DNA of 32,000 nucleotides, from the NCBI GenBank assembly GCA_934660865.1, contig CAKUIA010000017.1:30303-62302 (forward strand), written 5' to 3'. The notes under the pieces were generated by a model that saw nothing but the letters and a program-made list of their open reading frames with translations, did no database searches and was not told where the DNA came from. Made by a program: the position numbers and the translations under genes. Below, piece by piece: positions 31,925-32,000 of this stretch. Source of the stretch: an uncultured Opitutales bacterium. GTDB lineage: Bacteria > Verrucomicrobiota > Verrucomicrobiia > Opitutales > Intestinicryptomonadaceae. The number at the start of each line of letters is the position of its first letter. Position 1 is the stretch's first letter.

Positions 31925-32000
31925 AGTATGGGATTTTATCTACCTATTTTTATTTGTTTGCAACGGTTTTTTTGCGAAACTTTTTTGTTCTTTTATTTTT
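31925..32000 (-). promoter_or_regulatory. probable CRISPR leader (partial, runs off the window)
   Basis: An AT-rich, T/A-tract-rich 76 nt lies immediately upstream of the first repeat in the inferred minus-strand orientation. It contains no ORF. Confidence 0.45.

Overview
This 32-kb window comes from a diderm bacterium whose phylum I cannot assign. It has lipobox and Tat signals, a Pal-type lipoprotein and a beta-barrel OMP, and few canonical Shine-Dalgarno sites. From left to right the layout is as follows. (1) A Wzx/Wzy-type surface-glycan locus at 42-11337 encodes Wzy-like, GT10 fucosyltransferase-like, GT2, SDR, acyltransferase-3, Wzx, ThDP-enzyme and LMW-PTP proteins. A visibly AT-richer ~2.2-kb islet splits it; the islet holds four small exported proteins, one resembling an NTF2-fold immunity protein. 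(2) Two tandem paralogous secreted beta-propeller proteins resemble PL22 oligogalacturonate lyases. (3) A minus-strand HAD-RecD2-Psd operon has overlapping stop and start codons. (4) Next come a small lipoprotein, a Tat-signal hydroxypyruvate-isomerase-like TIM barrel and a C-N hydrolase. (5) An ECF sigma/anti-sigma pair is divergent from the most interesting region. That region is a tightly coupled four-gene operon (21412-27599) encoding a zinc-ribbon P-loop GTPase, a GAP1-N-like single-pass membrane protein, a 915-aa bitopic helical protein and a small GYF-like 2-TM protein. I could recognise no effector domain in it. An orphan Pal gene follows. (6) A clan GH-D-like secreted hydrolase and an OMP come next. 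(7) A 9-repeat CRISPR array with type I-C-like repeats is transcribed on the minus strand. Its leader sits at the right window edge, so the cas genes are probably outside the window. All calls come from motif reading by eye; no database search was run.
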